From positions 62,001-126,000 of the IMG/VR virus record IMGVR_UViG_3300050132_000038: DNA of 64,000 bases. One strand, 5' to 3'. This document shows, piece after piece, positions 25,272 through 33,621 of this stretch; the stretch's first letter is position 1, and each line of letters begins with the position of its first letter. Below the pieces are notes generated by a model that did not search any database, had not been told where the DNA came from, and saw only the letters and a program-made list of their open reading frames with translations. Position numbers and translations under genes: made by a program.

Positions 25272-25658
25272 TTAACGGGTAACTGAGTGCTTGTTGATTG
25301 GGAGATACACACCGTATGCGTCTTTGTGTCGGCACGAGCGATTGCAGGAGGCATCAACCAACTCGATGTGAACTTCACGCTCGCCACTGTATTGAGTAAG
25401 TCGAACTTGGTTGCCAGCAAACCAGATCTCGATGATATTGGCAGCGCCGTAGTTTGCCTTCTTGAGGCGCTTTACTGTTGCACCCTTCACACTAGCGAGC
25501 ACAAGCTTGGCGTGTGCGAACAACTCGTCCATAGGAACATGTTTGATAAACGTAGCAGCAAACAAAGCATTGCTGTTCTTCTCATTACGAACAAGTGTTG
25601 CTTCAACTGCGAACACCATCTTGATAAACTTCTTAGCTTGCTTTACATTGGCTTTCAT
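25272..25658 (-). CDS. Hypothetical protein
   Basis: ORF with RBS. Confidence 0.7.
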   Translation of the reverse strand: MKANVKQAKKFIKMVFAVEATLVRNEKNSNALFAATFIKHVPMDELFAHAKLVLASVKGATVKRLKKANYGAANIIEIWFAGNQVRLTQYSGEREVHIELVDASCNRSCRHKDAYGVYLPINKHSVTR

Positions 25659-25700
25659 TTGTTTTCCTTTTCGGTGGGAGTGTGAAATCAGTTTACAGTA

Positions 25701-26063
25701 TTAAACTTTCTGGAGCTCGTCACGCATATCATCATCTAGGAACGTGTCATCGTCCCAGAAGCGCTGAATGACTTCCCTGTTCAACGCTATCCAATCTCGA
25801 ACCTTGGACAACTCCGACTGGGAAATCTTTACATCACCATTTCGATGGACACCCTCAAGATCAAGAGTGAAGTTATCGTCGGGTGAATAAGTGTTTCGTA
25901 TGTTTGAAACTTTAACGCGACAAGCATGTTGGGGGTAGCGTTTTGAAATCCAAACCAGAATGTTACCCAAGCCTGTTCGCTTACCTTGCAACGTTGCCAT
26001 TGCCTCAATTCTGAATGACGCTTCAAGTCTTTGCGCCGCATTCAATTCTATTTTCTTGTCCAT
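25701..26063 (-). CDS. Hypothetical protein (DUF4160-like C-terminus, tentative)
   Basis: WIALNREVIQRFWD; AGGAGG RBS. Confidence 0.7.
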   Translation of the reverse strand: MDKKIELNAAQRLEASFRIEAMATLQGKRTGLGNILVWISKRYPQHACRVKVSNIRNTYSPDDNFTLDLEGVHRNGDVKISQSELSKVRDWIALNREVIQRFWDDDTFLDDDMRDELQKV

Positions 26064-26090
26064 TCTGAACCTCCTTTGCCTTACGCTTTC

Positions 26091-26121
26091 AGTATATCAC
26101 AGTTTTAGGGGTTTTGTACAA
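26091..26121 (-). promoter_or_regulatory. Extended -10 sigma70-like promoter
   Basis: TGnTATACT; TTGTAC lies 19 nt upstream (long spacer). Confidence 0.5.
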
Positions 26122-26180
26122 TAAATATCGTCTGGAAGGTCAAATTTGCGTAAAAACAACAGAAAAACGACCTCTTTTGC

Positions 26181-26390
26181 TCAGAATTTAGGCGGGTATT
26201 TGAGGGTTAGCCATGCCTCAAACTTGCGGATTGCCTCCCTCCGGCCCTCTGCGGGGAAATAGTGAACCGATTGACCGTTGACCGACACCCTATAGAGGAC
26301 ACCATCGAAGAATGCTAACACTACATGGGTGTTCGGGTAATGTTTCAGATTCAGATGCCTTAGCGAACTCATGGGAAGACCCTCCTGCAT
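26181..26390 (-). CDS. Hypothetical protein
   Basis: Packed ORF. Confidence 0.5.
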   Translation of the reverse strand: MQEGLPMSSLRHLNLKHYPNTHVVLAFFDGVLYRVSVNGQSVHYFPAEGRREAIRKFEAWLTLKYPPKF

Positions 26391-26707
26391 CCGCGCTTTG
26401 CGTAAAAGCGACGCATCATAGTCAGATCGTTAACTCGGGCAAAGACAAAGTTATAACGTAGGAAGCGAGACGTTCGCCGCTGACCGAGTAGCTTGCGATC
26501 TGAGCCTAGTGGGCCGAAGGAAGAGAAGCGACCGTCATTGCCTAGAGACGCTACTTGGTGAGCACTAAGTTGAAACAATAGGGTGAGCTTTGACGCTTTA
26601 GCACCACGCTTACGTAGGACGAAACGATATACTGCCTCCAGCTTATGAATACCCATGTCAGGTAGGGTTTTAAAGTCACGACGGTTGAGCTTACTTAGTA
26701 TTCTCAT
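26369..26707 (-). CDS. Basic hypothetical protein
   Basis: Packed ORF. Confidence 0.6.
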   Translation of the reverse strand: MRILSKLNRRDFKTLPDMGIHKLEAVYRFVLRKRGAKASKLTLLFQLSAHQVASLGNDGRFSSFGPLGSDRKLLGQRRTSRFLRYNFVFARVNDLTMMRRFYAKRGCRRVFP

Positions 26708-26946
26708 TGCTTATCATCCCTAACATGAGTGTACGGTTTATCCACGGCACCCCTGTCGATGACCTCCAGCAGGTTGATACCCAGCTTGTCAGAGATGACA
26801 CCAACTAATTGTGCCAAGCGTTGTACCTGCTCCTCTAGGCAGGGGGCTTTCTCCCAGGATCTTGAGTGAGTAATATAATCTTGTACTATGTCGGCCCCAC
26901 TAGCACTTTGTTCCCAGGCGGAATTAGGGTAAGTTATTTTGTACAT
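26704..26946 (-). CDS. Hypothetical protein
   Basis: Packed ORF. Confidence 0.65.
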   Translation of the reverse strand: MYKITYPNSAWEQSASGADIVQDYITHSRSWEKAPCLEEQVQRLAQLVGVISDKLGINLLEVIDRGAVDKPYTHVRDDKQ

Positions 26947-26949
26947 AAG

Positions 26950-27237
26950 TTAGCCCCGTATAATTACGAGAGGTGCCACCTGCTCCTCGTGCTTAAGCCT
27001 GTAGCTTGGATCAACTGTGTCGAAGTCTATAGAGGCGAGCAGCGTGTCCTTCCTGTTCTGACGGAACACAACTAGGATAGCGTGGGCTACATCCTCTACA
27101 CCGTCGACCTTCTCCGCACAACGAACGATAACCGTGGAACCCAGTTCCATGTCACCTACATTGTACTTGTGCGACTGATCGTACCGGTCCTTCAACGTGT
27201 TAGCGAGAAGCTCTTTCTCTTTCTGTGTGAGTTGCAT
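26950..27237 (-). CDS. Hypothetical protein
   Basis: Packed ORF with RBS. Confidence 0.65.
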   Translation of the reverse strand: MQLTQKEKELLANTLKDRYDQSHKYNVGDMELGSTVIVRCAEKVDGVEDVAHAILVVFRQNRKDTLLASIDFDTVDPSYRLKHEEQVAPLVIIRG

Positions 27238-27246
27238 GATCGTTCC

Positions 27247-27441
27247 TTACACTTTCGTACATAGTAAGTCATAGACGGTATGACGAAACAGATCATGTGC
27301 CGCTATGATCTTCTCAGCAACGTCCTTTGGTATACCATCAAAAATATCCCCACGTTGGTCTGCCACGTCTACAGTACCGTCAGGACGTGTTCCCCAGATC
27401 ATGTAGATGCCAATCTTCTCGTCCACATACTTTTCACGCAT
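27247..27441 (-). CDS. Hypothetical protein
   Basis: Packed ORF with RBS. Confidence 0.65.
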   Translation of the reverse strand: MREKYVDEKIGIYMIWGTRPDGTVDVADQRGDIFDGIPKDVAEKIIAAHDLFRHTVYDLLCTKV

Positions 27442-27450
27442 CGTTATTCC

Positions 27451-27663
27451 TTAATCTTCAAGTCGAAGACGTGCGTCCTTAACCCGATCGAGATTGCGTT
27501 CACTTAGATTCTCTATGATGAAGCACCCATGACCGTCCTCATGCGAAAGGGTAAGGCCATGCACACGACATAGTTCGTCGTACGCCGCTATGAAGTCCTC
27601 AACCTTCTGCGGAGACTCCACTCGCGCACCCTGTATTTTATCCCACCGCTTAACTTTACTCAT
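27451..27663 (-). CDS. Hypothetical protein
   Basis: Packed ORF; LSHEDGHGCFIIE. Confidence 0.65.
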   Translation of the reverse strand: MSKVKRWDKIQGARVESPQKVEDFIAAYDELCRVHGLTLSHEDGHGCFIIENLSERNLDRVKDARLRLED

Positions 27664-28370
27664 GATCTTTCCTTTGCCAGAGTAGAGACTACAGGTAGTC
27701 CATCTTTACGAGGGCGGCCTCGGGACAGCTCGTCAATTCGACGGTTAGCTTTTGGTGCCACGGTAGCACGGTACTCCTCGCCACCCAGTACCCAGCCTGC
27801 GTGAGCATACTTGATAATTGTCTTGGCGTGCTGCTCAGATACAGACTCCGCTACAAGCTTCGAGTATGCCGCCTGGCGCGCGAAGGGAGTATTGCCCAAG
27901 GCCCAGTACTCAGCGTGAGGCGTCAAATTTGTATCTAGGGAAACGCCTAGGTTGTGTAGCTGACTAGATGCTTTGCTAGGTAACTGATGCGTAGCAGCCT
28001 CTGCGTCAATTAGAACAGAGCAACGTAGGAACCACTCAGCGGAGTCTACAACGGTAGCGCGATAACGGCCTTGCCACAGCGTGCCACTCCGCTTGTAGGC
28101 CCTATTGTATAGAGCAACATATGTGCGGCCTACACCTTGAATTGTTTTCGATAAACTTTGATCGTTACCTGGGGTAACAAGTAGTTGAACACCGCTAGGG
28201 AGCATAGAGTACGCATGGATCTTCAAGTCGTGGCGTTTGGCATTCGCTACGAGCAGATTATAAAACTTTGCTTGATCGGCCAGGGCAGGGAACGGATTGA
28301 CTCCAGATATGGTGTCAAGAATCACGTACTGTACTTCGTTAGGAATGAATAGACGGGGAAGGCGTGCCAT
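27660..28370 (-). CDS. RAYT/Y1 transposase-like protein, catalytically degenerate
   Basis: MARLPRL, IHAY.ML, LLVTP, YNRAYKRSGTLWQGRY, YWALGNTP, GWVLG, RGRPRK are retained; HUH reads SGVQLL and the catalytic Tyr is absent. Confidence 0.85.
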   Translation of the reverse strand: MARLPRLFIPNEVQYVILDTISGVNPFPALADQAKFYNLLVANAKRHDLKIHAYSMLPSGVQLLVTPGNDQSLSKTIQGVGRTYVALYNRAYKRSGTLWQGRYRATVVDSAEWFLRCSVLIDAEAATHQLPSKASSQLHNLGVSLDTNLTPHAEYWALGNTPFARQAAYSKLVAESVSEQHAKTIIKYAHAGWVLGGEEYRATVAPKANRRIDELSRGRPRKDGLPVVSTLAKERS

Positions 28371-28421
28371 TTGTTTTCTCTTTTTATGTTGTTAGTTAGC
28401 GCCTCTCGGGGCGCCAGCATG

Positions 28422-28805
28422 TTACGCTTTGAGTTGACCTTCGACTGCACGCTTGATACGATCTTCAGTGCGCTGCTTCAACCAGTTAAGTGCTTGAACT
28501 ACGTGATGCAGTGCCATATCATTCTCAGCGCAGGGATAGGGACCAATCTGAAATGAGTTAAGCCGATCTGCTACGATTGCCAACAGGACTTCGTGAGTAA
28601 CGCCGTTGATACCATTCACAGGGATCGGCCCGTTCTGGAAATTGATATTCACAATAGGGCTTGCGTATTCTATACCTTCTGGGTCTGGAGAGTAGTACGC
28701 AACATACTCGTGGCTAGCACCGCCGGCACCTGGCTCGTCTGTTACGGCAATAAATAGTTCATTCTTTTCGTTGCCTGCTACTTTGTGGCTCGTGACTTGT
28801 CGCAT
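28422..28805 (-). CDS. tad1: Tad1-family anti-defence sponge protein
   Basis: GAGGASHEY...INFQNGP...GVTHEVLLAIVADRLNSFQIGPYPCAENDMALHHVVQALNWLKQRTEDRIKRAVEG follows the recalled Tad1 consensus over its full length. Confidence 0.8.
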   Translation of the reverse strand: MRQVTSHKVAGNEKNELFIAVTDEPGAGGASHEYVAYYSPDPEGIEYASPIVNINFQNGPIPVNGINGVTHEVLLAIVADRLNSFQIGPYPCAENDMALHHVVQALNWLKQRTEDRIKRAVEGQLKA

Positions 28806-28825
28806 TTTTTTTAATTCTCCAGGGG

Positions 28826-29407
28826 TTAAGCTGCAATTACAAAACGATAGTAGAAGTGTTTCTGTAGATTATGTCCCCAGGCTTCTGACTCGATGCACCG
28901 TAGCCACAGCCTAAAGGATGAATCGTCCTGCCAGTCAACCGGATTCGTATCAAACATAACACCTACTTTATGTCCAGACTTTGTTGCTTTGCCCAATAGG
29001 TCTAGCCAGAAGCGCTTCCCATCATCACTCTGAGACGCATCTGAGACTATATAGTTATACCTATGCAGAAGAATCTCGAACACTACAAACTTCGCTAATC
29101 CGGTAACGGCTGAGTTACCTGCGCGGCGCCACACCGCTACTTGGGTAACGCTATTTGAGGGTAGCTGAAGTAACTTCTCTGCTTTGAGATGTACTAGATA
29201 CACGATCTCCGCTTCATCGGAAATCGCAACAATGTACGATTCTTTACTAGAGATCTTAAACTCTACCAGTGGTAACTCATTATAAATCGAGATTTGCTCA
29301 TGTGTGTACTTCGTGTACAGCTCTTGTAACTTACGTCTGTTGTCTTCAAAATCTTTTAGACCGAACTGAACTGGGTCTACTAGATATGGGGCCGAAGTTA
29401 CTTCCAT
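28826..29407 (-). CDS. GNAT-fold-like hypothetical protein (paralog of 36837..37415)
   Basis: VWRR...GLAKFVVF..LLHRY.YIVSD.SQS..GKRFW.DLL. Confidence 0.75.
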   Translation of the reverse strand: MEVTSAPYLVDPVQFGLKDFEDNRRKLQELYTKYTHEQISIYNELPLVEFKISSKESYIVAISDEAEIVYLVHLKAEKLLQLPSNSVTQVAVWRRAGNSAVTGLAKFVVFEILLHRYNYIVSDASQSDDGKRFWLDLLGKATKSGHKVGVMFDTNPVDWQDDSSFRLWLRCIESEAWGHNLQKHFYYRFVIAA

Positions 29408-29418
29408 GATTTTTCCTT

Positions 29419-29841
29419 TTAGGTTTTCTTAACTAGCTTAGAGAGCAGGGATGATACTTTCGGTTTGTCTTTCTTGTGTAGACGCGCTTCGAGTTGCTTC
29501 TTTGGGGTCTTCGCCTTGTTGAAGTCTTGCTCAGGTCCATCACCGAGCCACTCCTCAGTCGGAGTGCAGTCGCGGTCGCTGAATCGTAGATACTCTGTTT
29601 GCATCCGCAGGAGTTTATCAGGGAAGGGATTAGGATTACTGTAACGTTCCGTAAACAAGATGGTCTTCTCGAGGCTTCGACTGAAAGCATTCTGAAACAT
29701 GGAGTTGATCGTCTTTCCCGAGAGGGGAACAGGTTGTAGCTCAGGTTCCGGTTTTACTGTTCTACCAGTAGGGCTTAATCCTTTTTCTTTCAACATAGCC
29801 ATTATGCGTTGCTGGTGCGGCTGAATTTTATCGTCGGTCAT
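29419..29841 (-). CDS. Hypothetical protein
   Basis: TGTAAATA at 29871-29878 upstream. Confidence 0.65.
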   Translation of the reverse strand: MTDDKIQPHQQRIMAMLKEKGLSPTGRTVKPEPELQPVPLSGKTINSMFQNAFSRSLEKTILFTERYSNPNPFPDKLLRMQTEYLRFSDRDCTPTEEWLGDGPEQDFNKAKTPKKQLEARLHKKDKPKVSSLLSKLVKKT

Positions 29842-30083
29842 CGCCTACTCCGTTGGTGGGGTATATGCTATATTTACAGGAATTCGCATATCGCATTTTT
29901 AATGTGTAAGAGGAATTCACACATTCCACAATTTTACACAAATCCAAAACACAGGATTTATCTTTAGACTGACAGATAGCCATAGAATTATAGAACAAGG
30001 CTCTGTTACGTATCTTAGCCTCGGGACTAGCCGGATTGATAGCTGTATTGATCTCTCCTAAACTAGTTAAAGAGGAACTCAAA

Positions 30084-31136
30084 ATGGCTGATCTTGTTAA
30101 TCCCACGGTACTGAGCACTGGCGGTCTCATGGGTAGTGGTTATGGCAACAACGGTGGCTTGATGGGCGGGGATGGTATTGGCTCCTTGCTTATCGGTGCT
30201 CTTCTGTTTGGCGGTGGCCTGGGTGGTGGCTTTGGTGGCCGTAATGGTTTGGCTGCTACTGCTGGGGATACTGTGACTACTGCTCATCTTCAATCGGCAT
30301 TGAATCAACAAACCCAGAGCCAGAATACCAACAACATTCTGCAAAGCTTGGCTACCATCCAGCAGCTGATCCCTGAGAACGAGGGTCGCGTTCAAGCGGC
30401 TATCGCCGGTGCTCAGATCGCTTTGGGCAATCAAGCTTCACAAGGTCAACTGGCGGCAGCTAACCAAGCTTCGCAAGGGCAGTTGCAAGTTGCTGCTTCC
30501 ACGGCCCTGCTGACCAACAACGTTGCAGACGCACGCCACAACATCAACGATAACATCCATGCAGGTGTGCTTTCCCAACTCGCAGGGCAAGCCGCGATTA
30601 CGGCAGGTGTAGTTGAAGCCCGCAAGGATATTAACGATAACATTCACCTGGGTCGCTCGGAAGCAGCAAACGGTTTCTCTAGTGCTTCGTTGCAAGCTGC
30701 AAACTATAGTGCCGCAACCCAGTTGGGTATTGCTAACCTGGGTCTTCAGACTGCTCAACAAACGTCTGTTCTTACGGATCAAATCCGTGATGACGGCGAT
30801 AAGACTCGTTCCCTCATTGTTGCTCAGTACGAAGCTAACCTGCAACGGTTGCTCACGACTGCTCAGAATGAGATTATCGAACTGCGCGGTGATCGCAACA
30901 TGCGTGAAGCACATCGTGGCACGGAAGTTACTGTTAGCCAGAACGTGTCGCAAGCTTCTGCTCAGGCTCAACAGCAACAACAGCAACAACAGCAGTTTGC
31001 TATCCTTTCGCAAATTGCAGCTAGCTTGTCCGGTCTTACCCAGATCGCTCATGCTACGAACCAGAATGTGATTTCTGGTAACAGTGGTGCTGTGCAGACT
31101 GGTCCCCAGAATGCCAATCCCACGAACGTCGCCTAG
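30084..31136 (+). CDS. Gly-rich/hydrophobic N-terminus plus Gln/Asn/Ala-rich coiled-coil protein
   Basis: AGAGGA RBS; GSLLIGALLFGGGLGGGFGG; DGDKTRSLIVAQYE; poly-Q; C-terminal NQNVISGNSGAVQTGPQNANPTNVA. Confidence 0.85.
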   Translation: MADLVNPTVLSTGGLMGSGYGNNGGLMGGDGIGSLLIGALLFGGGLGGGFGGRNGLAATAGDTVTTAHLQSALNQQTQSQNTNNILQSLATIQQLIPENEGRVQAAIAGAQIALGNQASQGQLAAANQASQGQLQVAASTALLTNNVADARHNINDNIHAGVLSQLAGQAAITAGVVEARKDINDNIHLGRSEAANGFSSASLQAANYSAATQLGIANLGLQTAQQTSVLTDQIRDDGDKTRSLIVAQYEANLQRLLTTAQNEIIELRGDRNMREAHRGTEVTVSQNVSQASAQAQQQQQQQQQFAILSQIAASLSGLTQIAHATNQNVISGNSGAVQTGPQNANPTNVA

Positions 31137-31167
31137 TCTGTAAGTAGATTAGGTGTATGGAGGATCA

Positions 31168-31196
31168 GGGGTTCAGTCTCACGAGGGTTGAACCCC
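31168..31196 (+). terminator. Intergenic hairpin
   Basis: ggggttcagtctc-acga-gggttgaacccc. Confidence 0.65.
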
Positions 31197-31218
31197 ATCT
31201 GAAAGACGGAGGACTAAT

Positions 31219-31401
31219 ATGTTAAGCGCACCACTGTTTGCAGCTCGTCAGGACCAGCTGTTGTTTCAACTACGTAACATGAGCCTGCTTAGTGCTATGC
31301 GTCTGCAGGCGTCAAAAGCAACTAACCAGACTGTCATCACCGGCAACTACGGAGCGGTGCAGACGGGCTACCAGAACGCGAATCCTACGAACGTAGGTTG
31401 A
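31219..31401 (+). CDS. 60-aa protein sharing the C-terminal motif of 30084..31136
   Basis: GGAGG RBS; ends NQTVITGNYGAVQTGYQNANPTNVG. Confidence 0.75.
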   Translation: MLSAPLFAARQDQLLFQLRNMSLLSAMRLQASKATNQTVITGNYGAVQTGYQNANPTNVG

Positions 31402-31441
31402 ATTCATTTATACACACGTAAGTACCTTATAAGGAGTTATC

Positions 31442-31771
31442 ATGCCTAATGTTATTGGTGGTTCAATTCATGGGGACGGCCCCAGTGTGATTGGTGGATC
31501 GATTGGTGAGGAGCATCATTACGAAGGGGTGGCTACGCCCGCACCGGTGCGTACCTACGCGCAAACTATTGGTGATGGTGTTACCACAGTGTTTGCAATT
31601 ACTCACAACCTGGGAACTTTGGACACGCAGACTCAAGTGTACAATCCGATCACGGGTCTTCAAGTACCGCCGACGGCGTACACTGCTGTTCACACGAGTG
31701 CTAACGTTACGACGTTGACCTTCACCACAGCACCTGCTGCCGGTGCTGCACGGGCTGTTATCGAAGCCTAA
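31442..31771 (+). CDS. THNL-motif small beta protein with two VIGGSI repeats
   Basis: AQTIGDG...ITHNLGT.D. Confidence 0.8.
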   Translation: MPNVIGGSIHGDGPSVIGGSIGEEHHYEGVATPAPVRTYAQTIGDGVTTVFAITHNLGTLDTQTQVYNPITGLQVPPTAYTAVHTSANVTTLTFTTAPAAGAARAVIEA

Positions 31772-31772
31772 G

Positions 31773-31800
31773 TGAAGCCGGGAGGATCCTCCCGGCTTCA
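31773..31800. repeat. 28-bp perfect palindrome / hairpin
   Basis: TGAAGCCGGGAGGATCCTCCCGGCTTCA. Confidence 0.85.
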
Positions 31801-31852
31801 TCGTTAGACGCCAGTTCTCCCCACTGAGCCAGTTCCAATCTATGGAGTTACC

Positions 31853-32164
31853 ATGGCTGACGTTATTGGTGGTTCAATTAGCGGTGAAGGTCCTTCTGTT
31901 ACCGGCGGATCGATTGGTAGCGGATCAGGTACCAGTGGACCTGTAGTACCTACCGTACCAGTAGATGTAACTTCGTTCACCTTTAGTCAACCTACTCCTG
32001 CAGCCTCTTGGTTGATTACGCATAACTTAAATGGGTTCCCTTCGGTCACTACCACCGACTTAGCAGGTAATGTAATAGTTGGGCAGGTGCAGTATCTAAA
32101 CGCTAATACTGTATTGGTTGTATTCTCTACACCAGTAGCAGGGGTAGCATATTTGAATATGTAG
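31853..32164 (+). CDS. THNL-motif small beta protein with GGSI repeats
   Basis: VIGGSISGEGPSVTGGSIG; WLITHNLNGFPSV. Confidence 0.8.
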   Translation: MADVIGGSISGEGPSVTGGSIGSGSGTSGPVVPTVPVDVTSFTFSQPTPAASWLITHNLNGFPSVTTTDLAGNVIVGQVQYLNANTVLVVFSTPVAGVAYLNM

Positions 32165-32223
32165 TGATGTAAAAGAGCCTTATTGAGTTAGCAGCATTGA
32201 ATCTAACTTAATGGAGTTCTATC

Positions 32224-32622
32224 ATGGCACTTCAAATTTATGCAGCTCTTGGTCTGAACCAAAACCAGATCAATAGCATGGCTTTGGACAACCAAGCCAC
32301 AGCTCCCTTAACACCTGTTGTAGGGCAGATTTACTACAATACAGTTAGCAACACCCCATTTGTGTGGGACGGCACGGCCTGGACATCTATGTTCTCTACA
32401 GGCGGTGCGAGATTCGCGCAGACGATTGGCGATGGTGTAGCTCTATCCTATGCTATAACGCACAACTTGGGAACTCAGGATACAGTTGAATCAGTGTACT
32501 CATCAGCAGCCCCGTTCGCTGAGATCATATCTGTAATTCAGCATACAAGTATAAATACGACAACCTTCATCTTTACCATACCTCCTGTTCTTAACTCAAT
32601 TCGGGTTGTTATCCATTCGTGA
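32224..32622 (+). CDS. THNL-motif protein with fibre-type N-terminal module
   Basis: GQIYYNT...FVWDGTAW then AQTIGDG...ITHNLGTQD. Confidence 0.8.
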   Translation: MALQIYAALGLNQNQINSMALDNQATAPLTPVVGQIYYNTVSNTPFVWDGTAWTSMFSTGGARFAQTIGDGVALSYAITHNLGTQDTVESVYSSAAPFAEIISVIQHTSINTTTFIFTIPPVLNSIRVVIHS

Positions 32623-32680
32623 ACGTCTATCGAAATACCTAGCCTTCCTGATCGATAAATACTTTCTAGGAATTTCACAA

Positions 32681-32992
32681 ATGGCACGTAATGTAACCTT
32701 CACCGTAACAACCGCTCCTGCTGTACTCCCAGCTGGTGTAGCAGATGGTGCTATGCTGCTAATGCAGATTCTTAGTACGGACGCTACGCCAGTTGTAGTG
32801 GCCACCGCTAACGTACCTGCTCCTCTGCTGACTTATACGTTTACCGGTATCGAAGATGGATCGTACATCGCGAGTGTCACAGCGCTGGACTCTACAGGGG
32901 CACCTCTGGGTATAGCAGTACCCCAGCCGTTTGACGTATCTGATCTGTTGTTCAACCAACCGGTATCCCCTATCGCCATCGTGGTGACGTGA
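32681..32992 (+). CDS. Ig/FnIII-like beta-sandwich protein (tentative)
   Basis: YTFTGIEDGSYIASVTALDSTG pattern. Confidence 0.7.
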   Translation: MARNVTFTVTTAPAVLPAGVADGAMLLMQILSTDATPVVVATANVPAPLLTYTFTGIEDGSYIASVTALDSTGAPLGIAVPQPFDVSDLLFNQPVSPIAIVVT

Positions 32993-32993
32993 T

Positions 32994-33149
32994 ATGCCAG
33001 GGCCACTAGTACACCAGGTAGAAGATATTATCGAGGATGTGGTACACCTGGTAGAAGAGTTTGTAAAAGAGTTTGTAAAAGAGGTTGTGGAGTGTGTTGG
33101 GGGCTCGACCTACGCACAACCCATAACGTTGAACGTATCAATAGTCTGA
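32994..33149 (+). CDS. 51-aa Val/Glu-rich peptide (not in ORF track)
   Basis: MPGPLVHQVEDIIEDVVHLVEEFVKEFVKEVVECVGGSTYAQPITLNVSIV, coupled to the previous stop (TGA-T-ATG). Confidence 0.6.
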   Translation: MPGPLVHQVEDIIEDVVHLVEEFVKEFVKEVVECVGGSTYAQPITLNVSIV

Positions 33150-33156
33150 GGAGGAC

Positions 33157-33185
33157 AGGGCAGAAGCATTGCCCTTTCTCTTTTT
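33157..33185 (+). terminator. Rho-independent terminator
   Basis: agggca/tgccct stem plus T-rich tail. Confidence 0.55.
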
Positions 33186-33204
33186 AAGATAGTGGGAGGA
33201 AACT

Positions 33205-33405
33205 ATGAGAAGGCCCTGGGTGCCCCCAACACCAGAACCTAACCAACTTGAGAACTTGATTCAGCAACATCAGTGTTGCACCAATCGGAGTCCTAGCTTC
33301 CTTGAAGGTAATGGGTTGGCCTTACTTGCCGTTGCCTACTTGCTAGGGCGTAGTAGTGCTCCCCGTCCACAGGTGTGGATTATAGACGGAGCGATCAGGA
33401 GGTAA
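33205..33405 (+). CDS. Small protein with a hydrophobic segment
   Basis: GGGAGG RBS; GLALLAVAYLLG. Confidence 0.65.
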   Translation: MRRPWVPPTPEPNQLENLIQQHQCCTNRSPSFLEGNGLALLAVAYLLGRSSAPRPQVWIIDGAIRR

Positions 33406-33406
33406 T

Positions 33407-33616
33407 ATGTACCCGTACGGATTTGGTTTCGGTGGCTTTGGTGGCCCGTTCGTAGGAGGCTTTGGCTCCCCGTTCGGTTTTGGTTTCAATGGATTAGCGT
33501 TCCCCACTCCGTATGTGCGTCGGTCGTTCTTCCCTGGGCCGTTCCTTGGTGGGTACCTTGCACCATATGGACCCTACCTTGCAGCAAGTGGATGGGGTAG
33601 AGGTTGTCGTTGTTGA
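33407..33616 (+). CDS. Gly/Phe/Pro/Tyr-rich 69-aa protein
   Basis: AGGAGG RBS; GFGFGGFGGPF repeats, ends GRGCRC. Confidence 0.75.
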   Translation: MYPYGFGFGGFGGPFVGGFGSPFGFGFNGLAFPTPYVRRSFFPGPFLGGYLAPYGPYLAASGWGRGCRC

Positions 33617-33621
33617 AAGCA

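Noticed and set aside
27660-28420. Active IS200/RAYT mobile element with REP sequences
   Set aside because: Catalytic residues are missing and I saw no clustered REP palindromes; the single hairpin near 28400 looks like an ordinary intergenic stem
30965-31000. CAA/CAG run as a phase-variable microsatellite
   Set aside because: Mixed codons encoding poly-Gln in frame; triplet changes would not switch expression
30084-31136. R-body (Reb) or gas-vesicle protein
   Set aside because: Composition is similar, but the RebB and GvpA signature sequences are absent and the length does not fit
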